Notes: a model not told the origin generated them from the sequence alone. 64,000 bases of DNA from Nanobdellota archaeon (GCA_024654565.1 JANLHM010000006.1:64694-128693); one strand, 5' to 3'. Numbered from the stretch's first letter, positions 33,593 to 42,986 are shown. Numbers and translations: made by a program.

Positions 33593-34267
33593 ATGGAAAA
33601 AGAAAGCATACATGATTATGAAAAGCCTTCAGTTACGGCTGACATCGTTATTTTTACTATTGAAAAAGAAAAGCTAAAGGTTCTTTTGGTGAAAAGAGAT
33701 CTGAATCCTTACAAAGGAAAGTGGGCTCTTCCTGGGGGTTTTGTTCGGATAAATGAATCACTTGATGACGCTGCAAAAAGAGAGTTAGAAGAAGAAACAG
33801 GTGTGAAGGACGTTTACCTTGAACAGTTGTATAGTTTTGGTGAACCAAAAAGGGACCCTCGTGGGAGAGTAATTACTGTTTCTTATATGGCCCTAGTTAA
33901 CTCAGAAAAAATTGCACTTCGTGCTTCAAGTGACGTTTCTGAAGCAAAGTGGTTTAACTTTTCTAAGGAAATGAACCTTGCATTTGATCATGATAAGATA
34001 CTAAATTATGCATTTCAGAGACTTAAATGGAAATTTGAATACACGACTGTTGCTTTTTCGCTTTTGCCAAAAAATTTTACTATTAGTCAAGTTCAGAAGA
34101 TTTACGAAGTTGTTTTTAATAAAAAATTTGACAAAAGGAATTTTAATAAAAAAATAATTTCACTCAATATTTTTAAAGAGGAAGGGGTAAACAAAAACGT
34201 TTCTTATCGTCCACCCATGATGTATTCTTTGAAAAAAAATATTGGGGACATTGTAAGTATAATTTAA
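33593..34267 (+). CDS. nrtR: NrtR-family Nudix-related transcriptional regulator
   Basis: Canonical Nudix box GGFVRINESLDDAAKRELEEETGV, followed by a C-terminal wHTH-like segment (FQRLKWKFEYTTVAFSLLPKNFTISQVQKIYEVVFNKKFDKRNFNKK) characteristic of NrtR. Sits at the edge of the NAD cluster. Confidence 0.7.
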   Translation: MEKESIHDYEKPSVTADIVIFTIEKEKLKVLLVKRDLNPYKGKWALPGGFVRINESLDDAAKRELEEETGVKDVYLEQLYSFGEPKRDPRGRVITVSYMALVNSEKIALRASSDVSEAKWFNFSKEMNLAFDHDKILNYAFQRLKWKFEYTTVAFSLLPKNFTISQVQKIYEVVFNKKFDKRNFNKKIISLNIFKEEGVNKNVSYRPPMMYSLKKNIGDIVSII

Positions 34268-34316
34268 TTTTATTAAAAAATAAATATAAAAACCTCCTTT
34301 TCTTATTGTTTATATT

Positions 34317-34952
34317 ATGGTTGTGGCACAAGTTATTTTAAAAACAAAGCGTTTAATTTTAAGAAGCCCGAGGTTAAGTGATACCGACGACATCACCGAA
34401 GGAATTGGGAATTTTGAAGTCTGTAAAAATATGTCGGGCGTTCCTTATCCTTATAAAAAGAAAGATGCAAAAGAATGGTTAAATAAAGTCATCAAAAAGT
34501 CAAAGATGAAAGTACGTGAAAGTTATGTATTTATGATTGAACTTAAAAAAGAAAAGAAAGTAATTGGTTGCTTAGACTTGAATAAAATAAACTTAACAGA
34601 CCTCACTTGTCAAACTGGTTCATGGATAAACTTGAAGTATCACCAAAAAGGGTACATTACTGAAGCAAAAATCGCTGTAAATGAATTTGCATTTAACAAA
34701 TTAAAAATGAGAAAAATGGAGACTACCGTTTTTAGGATAAACAAAGCAAGTAATGCCACTCAAAAGTCAGTTGGTTACAGATATGAAGGTTGTAAAATTA
34801 AAAGTGTTGTTTCAAAGTCCACCGGGAAAATATATGACGTAAATATGTATGGCCTCTTAAAGGAAGACTGGAAAAAGCGCCTTCCAAAATTAAGGGCACA
34901 CCTCGAAAAAAAAATAAAGAAACTATCGATAAATAAGCTATCCGCAAATTGA
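34317..34952 (+). CDS. GNAT N-acetyltransferase (RimJ/RimL-like)
   Basis: LILRSPRLSD N-terminus and HQKGYITEA...FNKLKMRKMETTV, typical of the Acetyltransf_3 family. Confidence 0.65.
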   Translation: MVVAQVILKTKRLILRSPRLSDTDDITEGIGNFEVCKNMSGVPYPYKKKDAKEWLNKVIKKSKMKVRESYVFMIELKKEKKVIGCLDLNKINLTDLTCQTGSWINLKYHQKGYITEAKIAVNEFAFNKLKMRKMETTVFRINKASNATQKSVGYRYEGCKIKSVVSKSTGKIYDVNMYGLLKEDWKKRLPKLRAHLEKKIKKLSINKLSAN

Positions 34953-35007
34953 AATAATTTTTTTTATCAAAATGACAAGAAAATTAGGTGACTACAAAAA
35001 TGCCTCC

Positions 35008-35048
35008 ATGTAGACACCCAGAAGCAAAGTTTTAAAAATGTAGACACC
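35008..35048 (+). promoter_or_regulatory. Two copies of ATGTAGACACC, 30 nt apart, upstream of the fic gene
   Basis: Copies at 35008..35018 and 35038..35048. The second abuts a TATA-like ctatatta 12 nt before the ATG. Confidence 0.3.
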
Positions 35049-35059
35049 TATATTACCTT

Positions 35060-36049
35060 ATGTATGTTGAACAAAGAAAAGTAGGAAATAAAATAAAATA
35101 TTACCTTGCCCATTCTTATCGGGAGGATTTGAAAGTACACAAATTTAGACAATATTTGGGTCAAAACCTAAAACCAGAAAAGTTAGAGGAAAGACGAAAA
35201 GTTGCAGAGAAATTTATTCTGGAAGAAATATACAAGTACAGGATAATAAAAGATCCCCTTGACTTTGAGCTTAATAGTGAAGAAATAAAACTAATAGCAA
35301 ATCTAGAAAAAGAAATTCCATTTAAAATTTCTCATTTATCCGAAAAAGATTGGAAGTTTTTTTCCCAATTATTCACATATAATACAAATGCAATCGAAGG
35401 AAGCAAATTAAATCAAAAAGAAGTTAAGAATCTTTTAGAAGAAGATAAATGGCCGGACAAGTCAAAGGAAGACATTGCAGAAGCTTATGGAGTAGATGAA
35501 GCAATTAGATTCATTAGAAAAACAAAAGAGAGGTGTTCTGTTAAATTGATCAAAGAAATACATAAAATTGTGTTTAAGAATTCTAAAAAATTTGCAGGTC
35601 AATTAAGAAAAAAAGGCGAGGAAGTAGTCGTTGTAGGTGGAACTGGAAGAGTAGTACATGAAGGGGCTCCTCAAAAGAGAATAAACCATTTGTTAAATGA
35701 ATTAGTTGAATGGTATAACAAAAACAAACAGAGATATCCTGCTTTGATTCTTGGAGCTGTGATTCATAATCAATTTGAAAATATTCATCCATTTGTAGAT
35801 GGAAACGGAAGGGTTGGAAGGATATTATTAAATAATATTTTAATCAAGCACGGATTGCCCCCTGTTAACATTGATATGAAAAATCGGGTAGAATATTATT
35901 CTTCACTTCAAGAATACCAAAAAAATCAGAATCTGAAACCTACAGTTGATCTTTTTGTGAAAGAATATCGGGATCTAAAAGAAAAGTTGGACAAAACTAA
36001 GAATGCCCGAATAATAGCCCTCCAATTTTCTCCCAAAGAAAAGGATTAA
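35060..36049 (+). CDS. Fic-domain protein (AMPylase family) with intramolecular inhibitory motif
   Basis: Fic motif HPFVDGNGRVGR. The upstream TNAIEG fits the (S/T)xxxE(G/N) inhibitory-helix motif. Confidence 0.9.
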   Translation: MYVEQRKVGNKIKYYLAHSYREDLKVHKFRQYLGQNLKPEKLEERRKVAEKFILEEIYKYRIIKDPLDFELNSEEIKLIANLEKEIPFKISHLSEKDWKFFSQLFTYNTNAIEGSKLNQKEVKNLLEEDKWPDKSKEDIAEAYGVDEAIRFIRKTKERCSVKLIKEIHKIVFKNSKKFAGQLRKKGEEVVVVGGTGRVVHEGAPQKRINHLLNELVEWYNKNKQRYPALILGAVIHNQFENIHPFVDGNGRVGRILLNNILIKHGLPPVNIDMKNRVEYYSSLQEYQKNQNLKPTVDLFVKEYRDLKEKLDKTKNARIIALQFSPKEKD

Positions 36050-36074
36050 AAGTTGTATTTTACTCTATTTTGTT

Positions 36075-36761
36075 ATGGTAAACGAGGGTAAATTAGTTAA
36101 GGGGAGTGTTTTACCCCAAATCGTTGACTTTTCAAATACACAAGAGGCCCACAAGGATATTCATGAGGTTCTTCGTAAACATTCACCTGTTGGAGTTCAT
36201 AAGGTAAAGGATATTTTCAAATTCAAATATCCAAAGTTTTTTTTGTTTATTGCATTGATATTTTTTTCGTATGCACTTTTTACTCTTCCCTCTGTCAGTT
36301 CATTTTTTTATGGTCTAGGTGAAATTAATTACCTTGGAGACTTTATTGCAGGAATTTTCTTTACATTTGGGTTTACTACCCCCTTAAGTATTGGTTACTT
36401 TATTGTTACAAACCCTTCAAACATATTTCTTTCGTCAATTGTTGCAGCACTTGGTTCAGTTGCTGGAAACCTCCTTATTTTTAAAACAATAAGGTTTTCC
36501 TTTATTGACGAATTTAGGGAATTAGAAAAGAAAAAAATAGTAAAGAGAATTAAAAAAATAATAAGAAATAATAAGAGTGTTCTAATTAGACACTACCTTG
36601 TTTACATCTTTGCAGGTTTTATGCTCGCAACCCCATTACCTGATGAACTTGGAATTTCAATGTTAGCGGGTCTCACTTCAATAAAACCATTAAAACTTGC
36701 AATAATAAGTTTCATACTTCACGTTATTCCAATATTCTTGATTTTCTACTTTAGTGTTTAG
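36075..36761 (+). CDS. Integral membrane protein
   Basis: Several hydrophobic helices. No specific motif. Confidence 0.5.
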   Translation: MVNEGKLVKGSVLPQIVDFSNTQEAHKDIHEVLRKHSPVGVHKVKDIFKFKYPKFFLFIALIFFSYALFTLPSVSSFFYGLGEINYLGDFIAGIFFTFGFTTPLSIGYFIVTNPSNIFLSSIVAALGSVAGNLLIFKTIRFSFIDEFRELEKKKIVKRIKKIIRNNKSVLIRHYLVYIFAGFMLATPLPDELGISMLAGLTSIKPLKLAIISFILHVIPIFLIFYFSV

Positions 36762-36853
36762 TCCTAAAGAATATCTCCAAAAATCTGGATTTTTTTCGCT
36801 TAAAAAAGTAATAAAAATTTAATAAAAAATAATAAAAAGTTTTTGAGTCAACC

Positions 36854-37213
36854 CTAGAATCTTCTTCTATTGTTGTCTCTACTGCCTGAATCTCTTCCAC
36901 CAAATGATCTTCTTGGTCTGTCGCCTGAATCTCGTGAGCCGCCGAATGACCTTCTTGGTCTATCGCCCTCTTCCATTGGCTTAGCTTCAGATACTTTAAG
37001 GGCTCTTCCTTCGAAGTCTTTTCCATCCATTTTAGCCACAGCTTCTTTTGCTGCACTATCATCTGAAAAAGTTACGAATCCAAATCCTTTTGATCTTTTA
37101 GAGAACTTATCAATTATGATACTTGCTTCTTCAACATTTCCAAATTCTGAGAATGCTTTTTTCAAAGATTCTTCAGTAATGCTAAAAGGTAAGTTTCCTA
37201 CGTATAGCTTCAT
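36854..37213 (-). CDS. RRM-domain RNA-binding protein with Arg/Gly/Ser-rich repeat tail
   Basis: RNP-2 LYVGNL, RNP-1 KGFGFVTF, and a C-terminal duplicated GDRPRRSFGG. GGGAGG lies 8 nt upstream. Confidence 0.85.
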   Translation of the reverse strand: MKLYVGNLPFSITEESLKKAFSEFGNVEEASIIIDKFSKRSKGFGFVTFSDDSAAKEAVAKMDGKDFEGRALKVSEAKPMEEGDRPRRSFGGSRDSGDRPRRSFGGRDSGSRDNNRRRF

Positions 37214-37221
37214 TTCTTGTT

Positions 37222-37227
37222 CCTCCC
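37222..37227 (-). promoter_or_regulatory. Shine-Dalgarno-like GGGAGG upstream of the RRM gene
   Basis: Minus strand reads gggaggaacaagaaATG. Confidence 0.45.
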
Positions 37228-37359
37228 TTGTCTTAACATGTTTTAAAGAATTTTATCCTGTTTTTAAGGGTTTCCCTTTCTGTAAAAGTGGTGAAAATGG
37301 GGGTTAAAGTGCCCCCTATAGAGTCAAAATAGGAATTTAAGGGTTAAGTTTCAAAGATA

Positions 37360-37971
37360 TTAAATGGCTCTTTTTTTTGGTTTTTTGGTTTTAGTTACAA
37401 AAAGAGCAATAACTGCCCAGATTACAGAACCAATGAGATTCAAAACCATGTCATAAATGGTGTCTTCATACTTGGGCATTACTTCCAATACCGATTCATA
37501 TTTTTCAATTCCTATTGCATGGACCCCTGCAAGGGTTGTATGAAAAAATGTATCTGCTAAATATTCTATCACTTCCCAAAAAAGTTCAATTGAAAGAAAT
37601 ACCGAAACGGATAAAAGAATCAAGAGTTTTTTGTTTTCAGTTTTTCTTTTAAACAAAAAATAAAAAATTGTGCAGATTGCAAAAGGGGAGATTAAATGTA
37701 ATATTTTATCAAATTCGGGAATAATGTAAAAAAATCCAAAAAACAGTTCTCCAAAAAGATTAGCAAGGAATAGGGCTAGTATTCCAAAGTATGCCCCTTT
37801 TGGCATTTTTATTTTGTAGTAAATTATAATTGCCAAAATTAGTTCTGCAAACCAAAATACCGCTCTACCTGGAATGTGAAATAAATCCCAAATTCCTGTA
37901 AAAAGTATAAACGCCCATATAACATAAATTAAATAGTCGGCCCAACCTTTTTTTTCCTGAAGCTTCTTCAT
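37360..37971 (-). CDS. Integral membrane protein
   Basis: About 6 hydrophobic helices. No specific motif. Confidence 0.5.
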   Translation of the reverse strand: MKKLQEKKGWADYLIYVIWAFILFTGIWDLFHIPGRAVFWFAELILAIIIYYKIKMPKGAYFGILALFLANLFGELFFGFFYIIPEFDKILHLISPFAICTIFYFLFKRKTENKKLLILLSVSVFLSIELFWEVIEYLADTFFHTTLAGVHAIGIEKYESVLEVMPKYEDTIYDMVLNLIGSVIWAVIALFVTKTKKPKKRAI

Positions 37972-38076
37972 CGATTTATTTAAGGAAATTTTGGTATAAA
38001 AAGGTGGCGGTTTTTATTTTTAAATTAGATTTTAGAGTTGGGATATTCTTATAAACCAAATTTTTTTTGTTTTAAG

Positions 38077-38745
38077 ATGGGTTTTGTTGCAAAAGTTGGT
38101 TTTGGGTATAAAAAAGATCCAATAAAAATTGGTCACATTGAGTACCCAATAGTTGAAGAATATAATGAAGGAAACACAAAAATAATTGTGAAAAAGACGG
38201 ATGACTTTAAAGCAAATGGAGTTTCAAGAGTTAATGAGTGGAGATTTTTTGGTTATGACAATAAAAATGTTCTTCAGGGATATCTTGTTGGGCAAGTAAT
38301 AAAGGATAAAGACAACAAAAGTAGGAAAAACTTTTATCTTCAAAGAGTTCAGAGTTCTGATTTAAAAGAAAAGTTAAGGGTTTTTGCTCTGTTTGAAGGG
38401 CTTTACAAAACGGGACACAATGGATTAAATAAAATTTTTAATTTTAATATTGAGAAACCAAAAAATGGACTTAATGGAATGTCAAACAGAAAGGCAATTT
38501 ATGACCTTTTTAATTTTTCAAAGGATTACCTTAAAAAAAGTGGTTTTCCGAGGATGATTACTCAGGGAAATATGTGGTTTTTTGATACACTTAGTTTTTG
38601 TATACATGCTGGTTTTAGAGATTTAGACCGAAATAGAATGTTAGAGCAGTATAAAAATCTTGAAGAAAGGAAAAAACACCTTTCAAGACTTGAAAAACTT
38701 ACTGGGTTAGTGGTGTTGGAATACCCTTTTAATGGACAGGATTAA
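38077..38745 (+). CDS. Hypothetical protein
   Basis: ORF. The ATG at 38077 is preferred over the TTG at 38038. Confidence 0.4.
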   Translation: MGFVAKVGFGYKKDPIKIGHIEYPIVEEYNEGNTKIIVKKTDDFKANGVSRVNEWRFFGYDNKNVLQGYLVGQVIKDKDNKSRKNFYLQRVQSSDLKEKLRVFALFEGLYKTGHNGLNKIFNFNIEKPKNGLNGMSNRKAIYDLFNFSKDYLKKSGFPRMITQGNMWFFDTLSFCIHAGFRDLDRNRMLEQYKNLEERKKHLSRLEKLTGLVVLEYPFNGQD

Positions 38746-39329
38746 GAGTATTTCTTATTAAAATGCGCTTTTAACTTTTTTGATGAGTTAAAAATTATTG
38801 CAAGTATAACCAGGATAAACATTGATGCAAGTGCAAGACTATCAAAATACTCCCATATCCAGATAAAACCTTTACCGCTAAGGTACCCTATAATCCACGA
38901 AACAAAAGTCCAAAATATCGCCATCAATAAGTTCAGTGTGAAATATTTTCCAAATGGAACTTTTCTTTCTCCCAAATAAACATTTATTATGAATTTTACT
39001 CCAAAGAGGAATTTTGAGTAAAACAGGGCAACAAGAAGTTTGTTTCCTGTCAGAAATTTTATTGTCAAGTTCGTCTTGTCAATTATTTCTTTACCTCTTT
39101 TTGTTCTTTTTATCCTCTCAAAATATGTGGCTCTCCCTATAAAATAAAAGATTGTGTCTGCAATAATTAATCCGATGAGGGTTGAAAGTATTGGCATTAG
39201 AAGGGGTATTTTTCCTTGAGAATACAAAAATCCAACAACAATCATGAAAGTGTCTCCCCAAACTCCCCCAAGGAGTGCATACATTATCGGTGAAAATTCA
39301 AGTAAAAGAATGTTTTCCCAAAAACCCAT
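38742..39329 (-). CDS. DedA/SNARE-associated family membrane protein
   Basis: GDTFMIVVGFLYSQGKIP...IGLIIADTIFYFIGR resembles the DedA core. Confidence 0.5.
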   Translation of the reverse strand: MGFWENILLLEFSPIMYALLGGVWGDTFMIVVGFLYSQGKIPLLMPILSTLIGLIIADTIFYFIGRATYFERIKRTKRGKEIIDKTNLTIKFLTGNKLLVALFYSKFLFGVKFIINVYLGERKVPFGKYFTLNLLMAIFWTFVSWIIGYLSGKGFIWIWEYFDSLALASMFILVILAIIFNSSKKLKAHFNKKYS

Positions 39330-39460
39330 TTTGCATGAAAGATAAAATGCTCTTTAAACTTTGCCTTTTTTTAGTTTAGAATTTTTAATTATTTTCCCAT
39401 AGGTTTTGTAGAGTTTTTTTGGAAGAAGAATTTAAATATCTCTAATTTAATTTATATTAC

Positions 39461-40504
39461 ATGAAGAAAAGAGTTTTAATTTTGGGGTGTGGGATTTCTG
39501 GAGCTTCTCTTGCAAGATTGTTTAAGGATGCTGGACATTATGTTGAAATTCGGGAGAAAGGAAAAGAAGTTGGGGGAATGTTAAGAGATGGATGGGATAA
39601 AGAAGGGAAATGTTATGTAAGCTGGGATGGACCACACATAATCAACTTTTCAAAGGAAACTAAGAAAGCAGAAAATTTTTTATTGAAAAACACGACTTTA
39701 GTACCATTTAAACATAAAGTTTTATGTCTGGGCAACAATTCTTCTTTTACTTATTGGCCAATTAACCTCACATATAAGAGCTTGTTTGAATTTATGTTCC
39801 CAAAAAAATCCATTTTTGATGAATTTGTTGCATCGTACTCCAAAAAGATGTGGAAAAAACATGCAAAAGATCAAATAGAACGCATAAAAGACCGGTTTAA
39901 ACCTAAGGACAATTATAATCAAGATTTTTTTCAGGGGAGAAATCAATACCAACCTGTTAGGGGGTATTCAAACATGGTAAGAGATTTGATTAGGGGGTGC
40001 CACCTAGTTTTGAATAAGTCTGAAAGTTTAAAATCTCTGAAAAAAGAATTTGATAAGTGGGACTACATAATTGTGACTTCTCACATTGACACTTTTTTTG
40101 GTTACAAGTTTGGTAAACTGCAGTTTAAGGGTTTAGATTTTGAATTTAAAAAAATTCGAAGTGATGAAAATGTTCTCCCAACTTGTGTTGTTAACCTGAA
40201 TCAACATCCAAAGTATATTCGTGTGAGTGAAATAAACCAGTTACAAGCAAAGGAGAATAAATCCAAAACAAGAGTTTTGTGTTTCGATTACCCCTCTGAC
40301 AAAAATCGTTTTTATCCCGTGGAAAATGAAAATAATTTAATGAAAATCCAAAAGTACAAGGATTATTCTTTAAACTTTCCAAAAATAACTTTTTGCGGTA
40401 GAACTGCCAATTATAAATATAAAGACATTGATGACAGTATTATGGATTCTATAGCATTATTTCAAAATCTTACTAGAAAGCACAAGTTAAAAGAATTTAA
40501 ATAA
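39461..40504 (+). CDS. glf: UDP-galactopyranose mutase
   Basis: FAD-binding VLILGCGISGASLA...EKGKEVGGMLRD, and a C-terminal FCGRTANYKYKDIDDSI (compare GRLa.YkY.dMd). Confidence 0.7.
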   Translation: MKKRVLILGCGISGASLARLFKDAGHYVEIREKGKEVGGMLRDGWDKEGKCYVSWDGPHIINFSKETKKAENFLLKNTTLVPFKHKVLCLGNNSSFTYWPINLTYKSLFEFMFPKKSIFDEFVASYSKKMWKKHAKDQIERIKDRFKPKDNYNQDFFQGRNQYQPVRGYSNMVRDLIRGCHLVLNKSESLKSLKKEFDKWDYIIVTSHIDTFFGYKFGKLQFKGLDFEFKKIRSDENVLPTCVVNLNQHPKYIRVSEINQLQAKENKSKTRVLCFDYPSDKNRFYPVENENNLMKIQKYKDYSLNFPKITFCGRTANYKYKDIDDSIMDSIALFQNLTRKHKLKEFK

Positions 40505-40524
40505 CAGAAAATCCTTTTGGTTTA

Positions 40525-40977
40525 ATGAGACTCAGGTTTTCCCCAGCTTTTCTTGATTACAATCGGGAAATGTTCTTTGGATTTATAGGGGCAATCATTG
40601 GAGCTCCGCTACTTAGTTTTATAGTCTCAAGATTTACTTCCTCCTTGGATTTGATCTCTGCTTCGGCAGTTGCTGGGGACATACTCGGGGGAGCAGTGAT
40701 GTGGGTAGGAAGTAGGATTTACTTTAAAATTCAAAGGGGTAAATATTCTGCTTTAAATCTTACTAAAGACATCGCTTATTTTACTCCTGCGGCATTTGTG
40801 ATTGCGGTTTTAGTCTTATACCCCACAATATTTTTCCTATCTAAGAGTTTGATTAATAATCAGGTGGGTACCATCCTTTCTGTGATGTTATCACAATTGG
40901 TGGCACTTTTGTTGTTTGTTCTATTTATGAATATTTACAGGATTGTTTTAATTCGGTTTTTCGGTAAAGTTCTTTAG
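40525..40977 (+). CDS. Integral membrane protein
   Basis: 4 hydrophobic helices. Confidence 0.45.
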   Translation: MRLRFSPAFLDYNREMFFGFIGAIIGAPLLSFIVSRFTSSLDLISASAVAGDILGGAVMWVGSRIYFKIQRGKYSALNLTKDIAYFTPAAFVIAVLVLYPTIFFLSKSLINNQVGTILSVMLSQLVALLLFVLFMNIYRIVLIRFFGKVL

Positions 40978-41001
40978 AAGTCTTATTTTTAATGAGTAGG
41001 A

Positions 41002-42225
41002 TTATTTCTTTTTATGTGCTCTGATTACTTCTTCATATCTCTTTGCGACTTCCTTAGAAACTTCTTCCCAAGTTTTGTAGAGGTCTCTATGTGCCCCTTT
41101 TCCAACATAATTCAATCTTTTTTGATTTTCCATAATTTCGATTATTTTTTTAGCATAGTCTTTATGGTTATTCTTTGAGAGAAATCCATTTTCCCAATCA
41201 ACAATTCCCTCTGAACCAGTTGAATTTTTGATAAACAATGTTGGGAGATTAAAAGCTGCTGCCTCCCTAATTGTAAGGGGAGAGGTGTCATACAAAGATG
41301 GGAAAAGAAATAGGTTTGCTCTTGAAAAATAACTTTTTATCAATTCCCTATCCCTCACAATCCCTAAAAACTTCACATATTTCCCTAAATTTTTCTTTTC
41401 CAACATTTTTTTAATTTCTTCTTCTGCATGCCCTTCCCCAATAAAAATCATTTTAAATTCTTTTTTTTGTTTTGCAATTTCTTCAAGGGCTTTTATTAGA
41501 ACGCCCAAATTTTTTTCCCACTTCAATTGACCAATAAACATAAGGACAAATTCTTCATCTGATGTTCCAAAATCATTATTTGCTTTCTTTCTAAGTGGTT
41601 TTAAGTTTTTTGGAGTTTTCAAATCTGTACCGTTTTGGATTACCTCAATTTTTCCCTTGTATCCATAATCTCTAAGGGTTTGAATTGTTGATTTATTTGG
41701 AACCCAAACAAAATCAGCTGAATCGTAAAATTTTACCATCTTTTTTAAAAGAATTTTTAAAATAAACTTTGAAGAAGTAATGGATTTAAAATCTTCAAGA
41801 TATTTCGTATGGAAAGTTGTAATTAAAGGGATTTTAAGTTTTTTAGCAACTTTGAGTCCAAGTGATCCAGAAACAAATGGGCAGTGAGTATGAATTATAT
41901 CGAATTTTATTTTTTTTAGCTCTTTTTGAAATTTAAAGTCAATCCATGGAAATCCATATCTATAAGGTTTTCTTCCTGGAATAGGTAATGAGGCATATTC
42001 TATTATTGGAACTTCTCCCTTAACGAATTTACGACCCGGAATAGATGGAGTTATAACATAACTTTTTCCAAGTTTTTTTCCAACCCAATAAGCATAATTT
42101 TTTGTGACTTGTCCAACGCCATCCATTATTGGGGGGTAGGCATCATTAAATTCCCCAATAATTAATTTTTTCTTCTTTAACTCTTTTGAACTGTTTATAG
42201 ACATTCTTTCCAATTTATTCTCCAA
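41002..42225 (-). CDS. Glycosyltransferase family 4 (GT-B, retaining)
   Basis: N-terminal PPIMDGVGQV, FIGEGHAEEE, and FPSLYDTSPLTIREAAAFNLP (E-x7-E region). Confidence 0.8.
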   Translation of the reverse strand: MENKLERMSINSSKELKKKKLIIGEFNDAYPPIMDGVGQVTKNYAYWVGKKLGKSYVITPSIPGRKFVKGEVPIIEYASLPIPGRKPYRYGFPWIDFKFQKELKKIKFDIIHTHCPFVSGSLGLKVAKKLKIPLITTFHTKYLEDFKSITSSKFILKILLKKMVKFYDSADFVWVPNKSTIQTLRDYGYKGKIEVIQNGTDLKTPKNLKPLRKKANNDFGTSDEEFVLMFIGQLKWEKNLGVLIKALEEIAKQKKEFKMIFIGEGHAEEEIKKMLEKKNLGKYVKFLGIVRDRELIKSYFSRANLFLFPSLYDTSPLTIREAAAFNLPTLFIKNSTGSEGIVDWENGFLSKNNHKDYAKKIIEIMENQKRLNYVGKGAHRDLYKTWEEVSKEVAKRYEEVIRAHKKK

Positions 42226-42272
42226 GCAAACAATTATTTTTAAATCTTTTTAAGATTTCAATGGGTTCCTTA

Positions 42273-42908
42273 TTATCTTTTTTTACTCAATTTTCTTCCA
42301 AAATTTTTACTTTCATCAATCTCTCTCATCTTTTTGTACCAATTTTTATAGGGTCTAACGAGTAGGCTTGAAAGAACAGTGAAAATGGTTAACGTAAGAA
42401 GAATAAGAAGATTGTCGTACAAAAATTCATAACTTTTAGTTATTCCTGAAAATATTATTATCAAAAAGATTAGTGTTCCAAGGGATTTCAAATAAACTGC
42501 GGGTATTTTTCCAAAAATCCACTTGCCTTTTCCATCATGCCACCAAATATTATTTCTTTTGAATTTTTTTAGACCAAAATATGGATTGAATTTGAACCAT
42601 AGAAAATCTTCAAGGAAAAGGAAAATAAATATTGCAAGAACAATTTCAAATTCTTTTATTAGGGTCCAGCTTTCTCCAAAGAAAAAGAGTAAATGAAAAA
42701 TTAAAATCATAAAAGACATCATGAAGAGGTGATACCCGGAAAGGGGCTTTTTTGAAGAAAAAAAGTAGAAAACTTTTGAAAGGCCAGACTTTCTGTACCA
42801 TGTTGGAAGTTTTTTTGCCCATCCATTTTTTCCTTCAATTTCAATCTCCCAAAGTGCAAAAATAAGTGAGATTGTAAAAAGGAAAATCGACTTTACAATA
42901 AAAACCAT
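42273..42908 (-). CDS. Integral membrane protein
   Basis: Multiple hydrophobic helices. Confidence 0.5.
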   Translation of the reverse strand: MVFIVKSIFLFTISLIFALWEIEIEGKNGWAKKLPTWYRKSGLSKVFYFFSSKKPLSGYHLFMMSFMILIFHLLFFFGESWTLIKEFEIVLAIFIFLFLEDFLWFKFNPYFGLKKFKRNNIWWHDGKGKWIFGKIPAVYLKSLGTLIFLIIIFSGITKSYEFLYDNLLILLTLTIFTVLSSLLVRPYKNWYKKMREIDESKNFGRKLSKKR

Positions 42909-42986
42909 TCCAGAATTATGAACTTTTTAGTTATAAATCTTTTTTTAACAAGTTTAATAAACGAAATTTTCTTTTTTAGTTTTGAG

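Noticed and set aside
36751-37307. Two track ORFs (36751..37062 minus, 36870..37307 plus) overlapping the RRM gene
   Set aside because: The RRM frame (36854..37213 minus) has unmistakable RNP-1 and RNP-2 motifs. The alternative frames are low-complexity read-throughs of the same DNA.
37299-37316. GGGGG-N8-CCCCC hairpin as an intrinsic terminator for the 37360..37971 gene
   Set aside because: It is not followed by a clear oligo-T tract on the minus strand, and archaeal termination relies mainly on T-runs. I keep it only as a possible leader structure, mentioned under the RRM finding.
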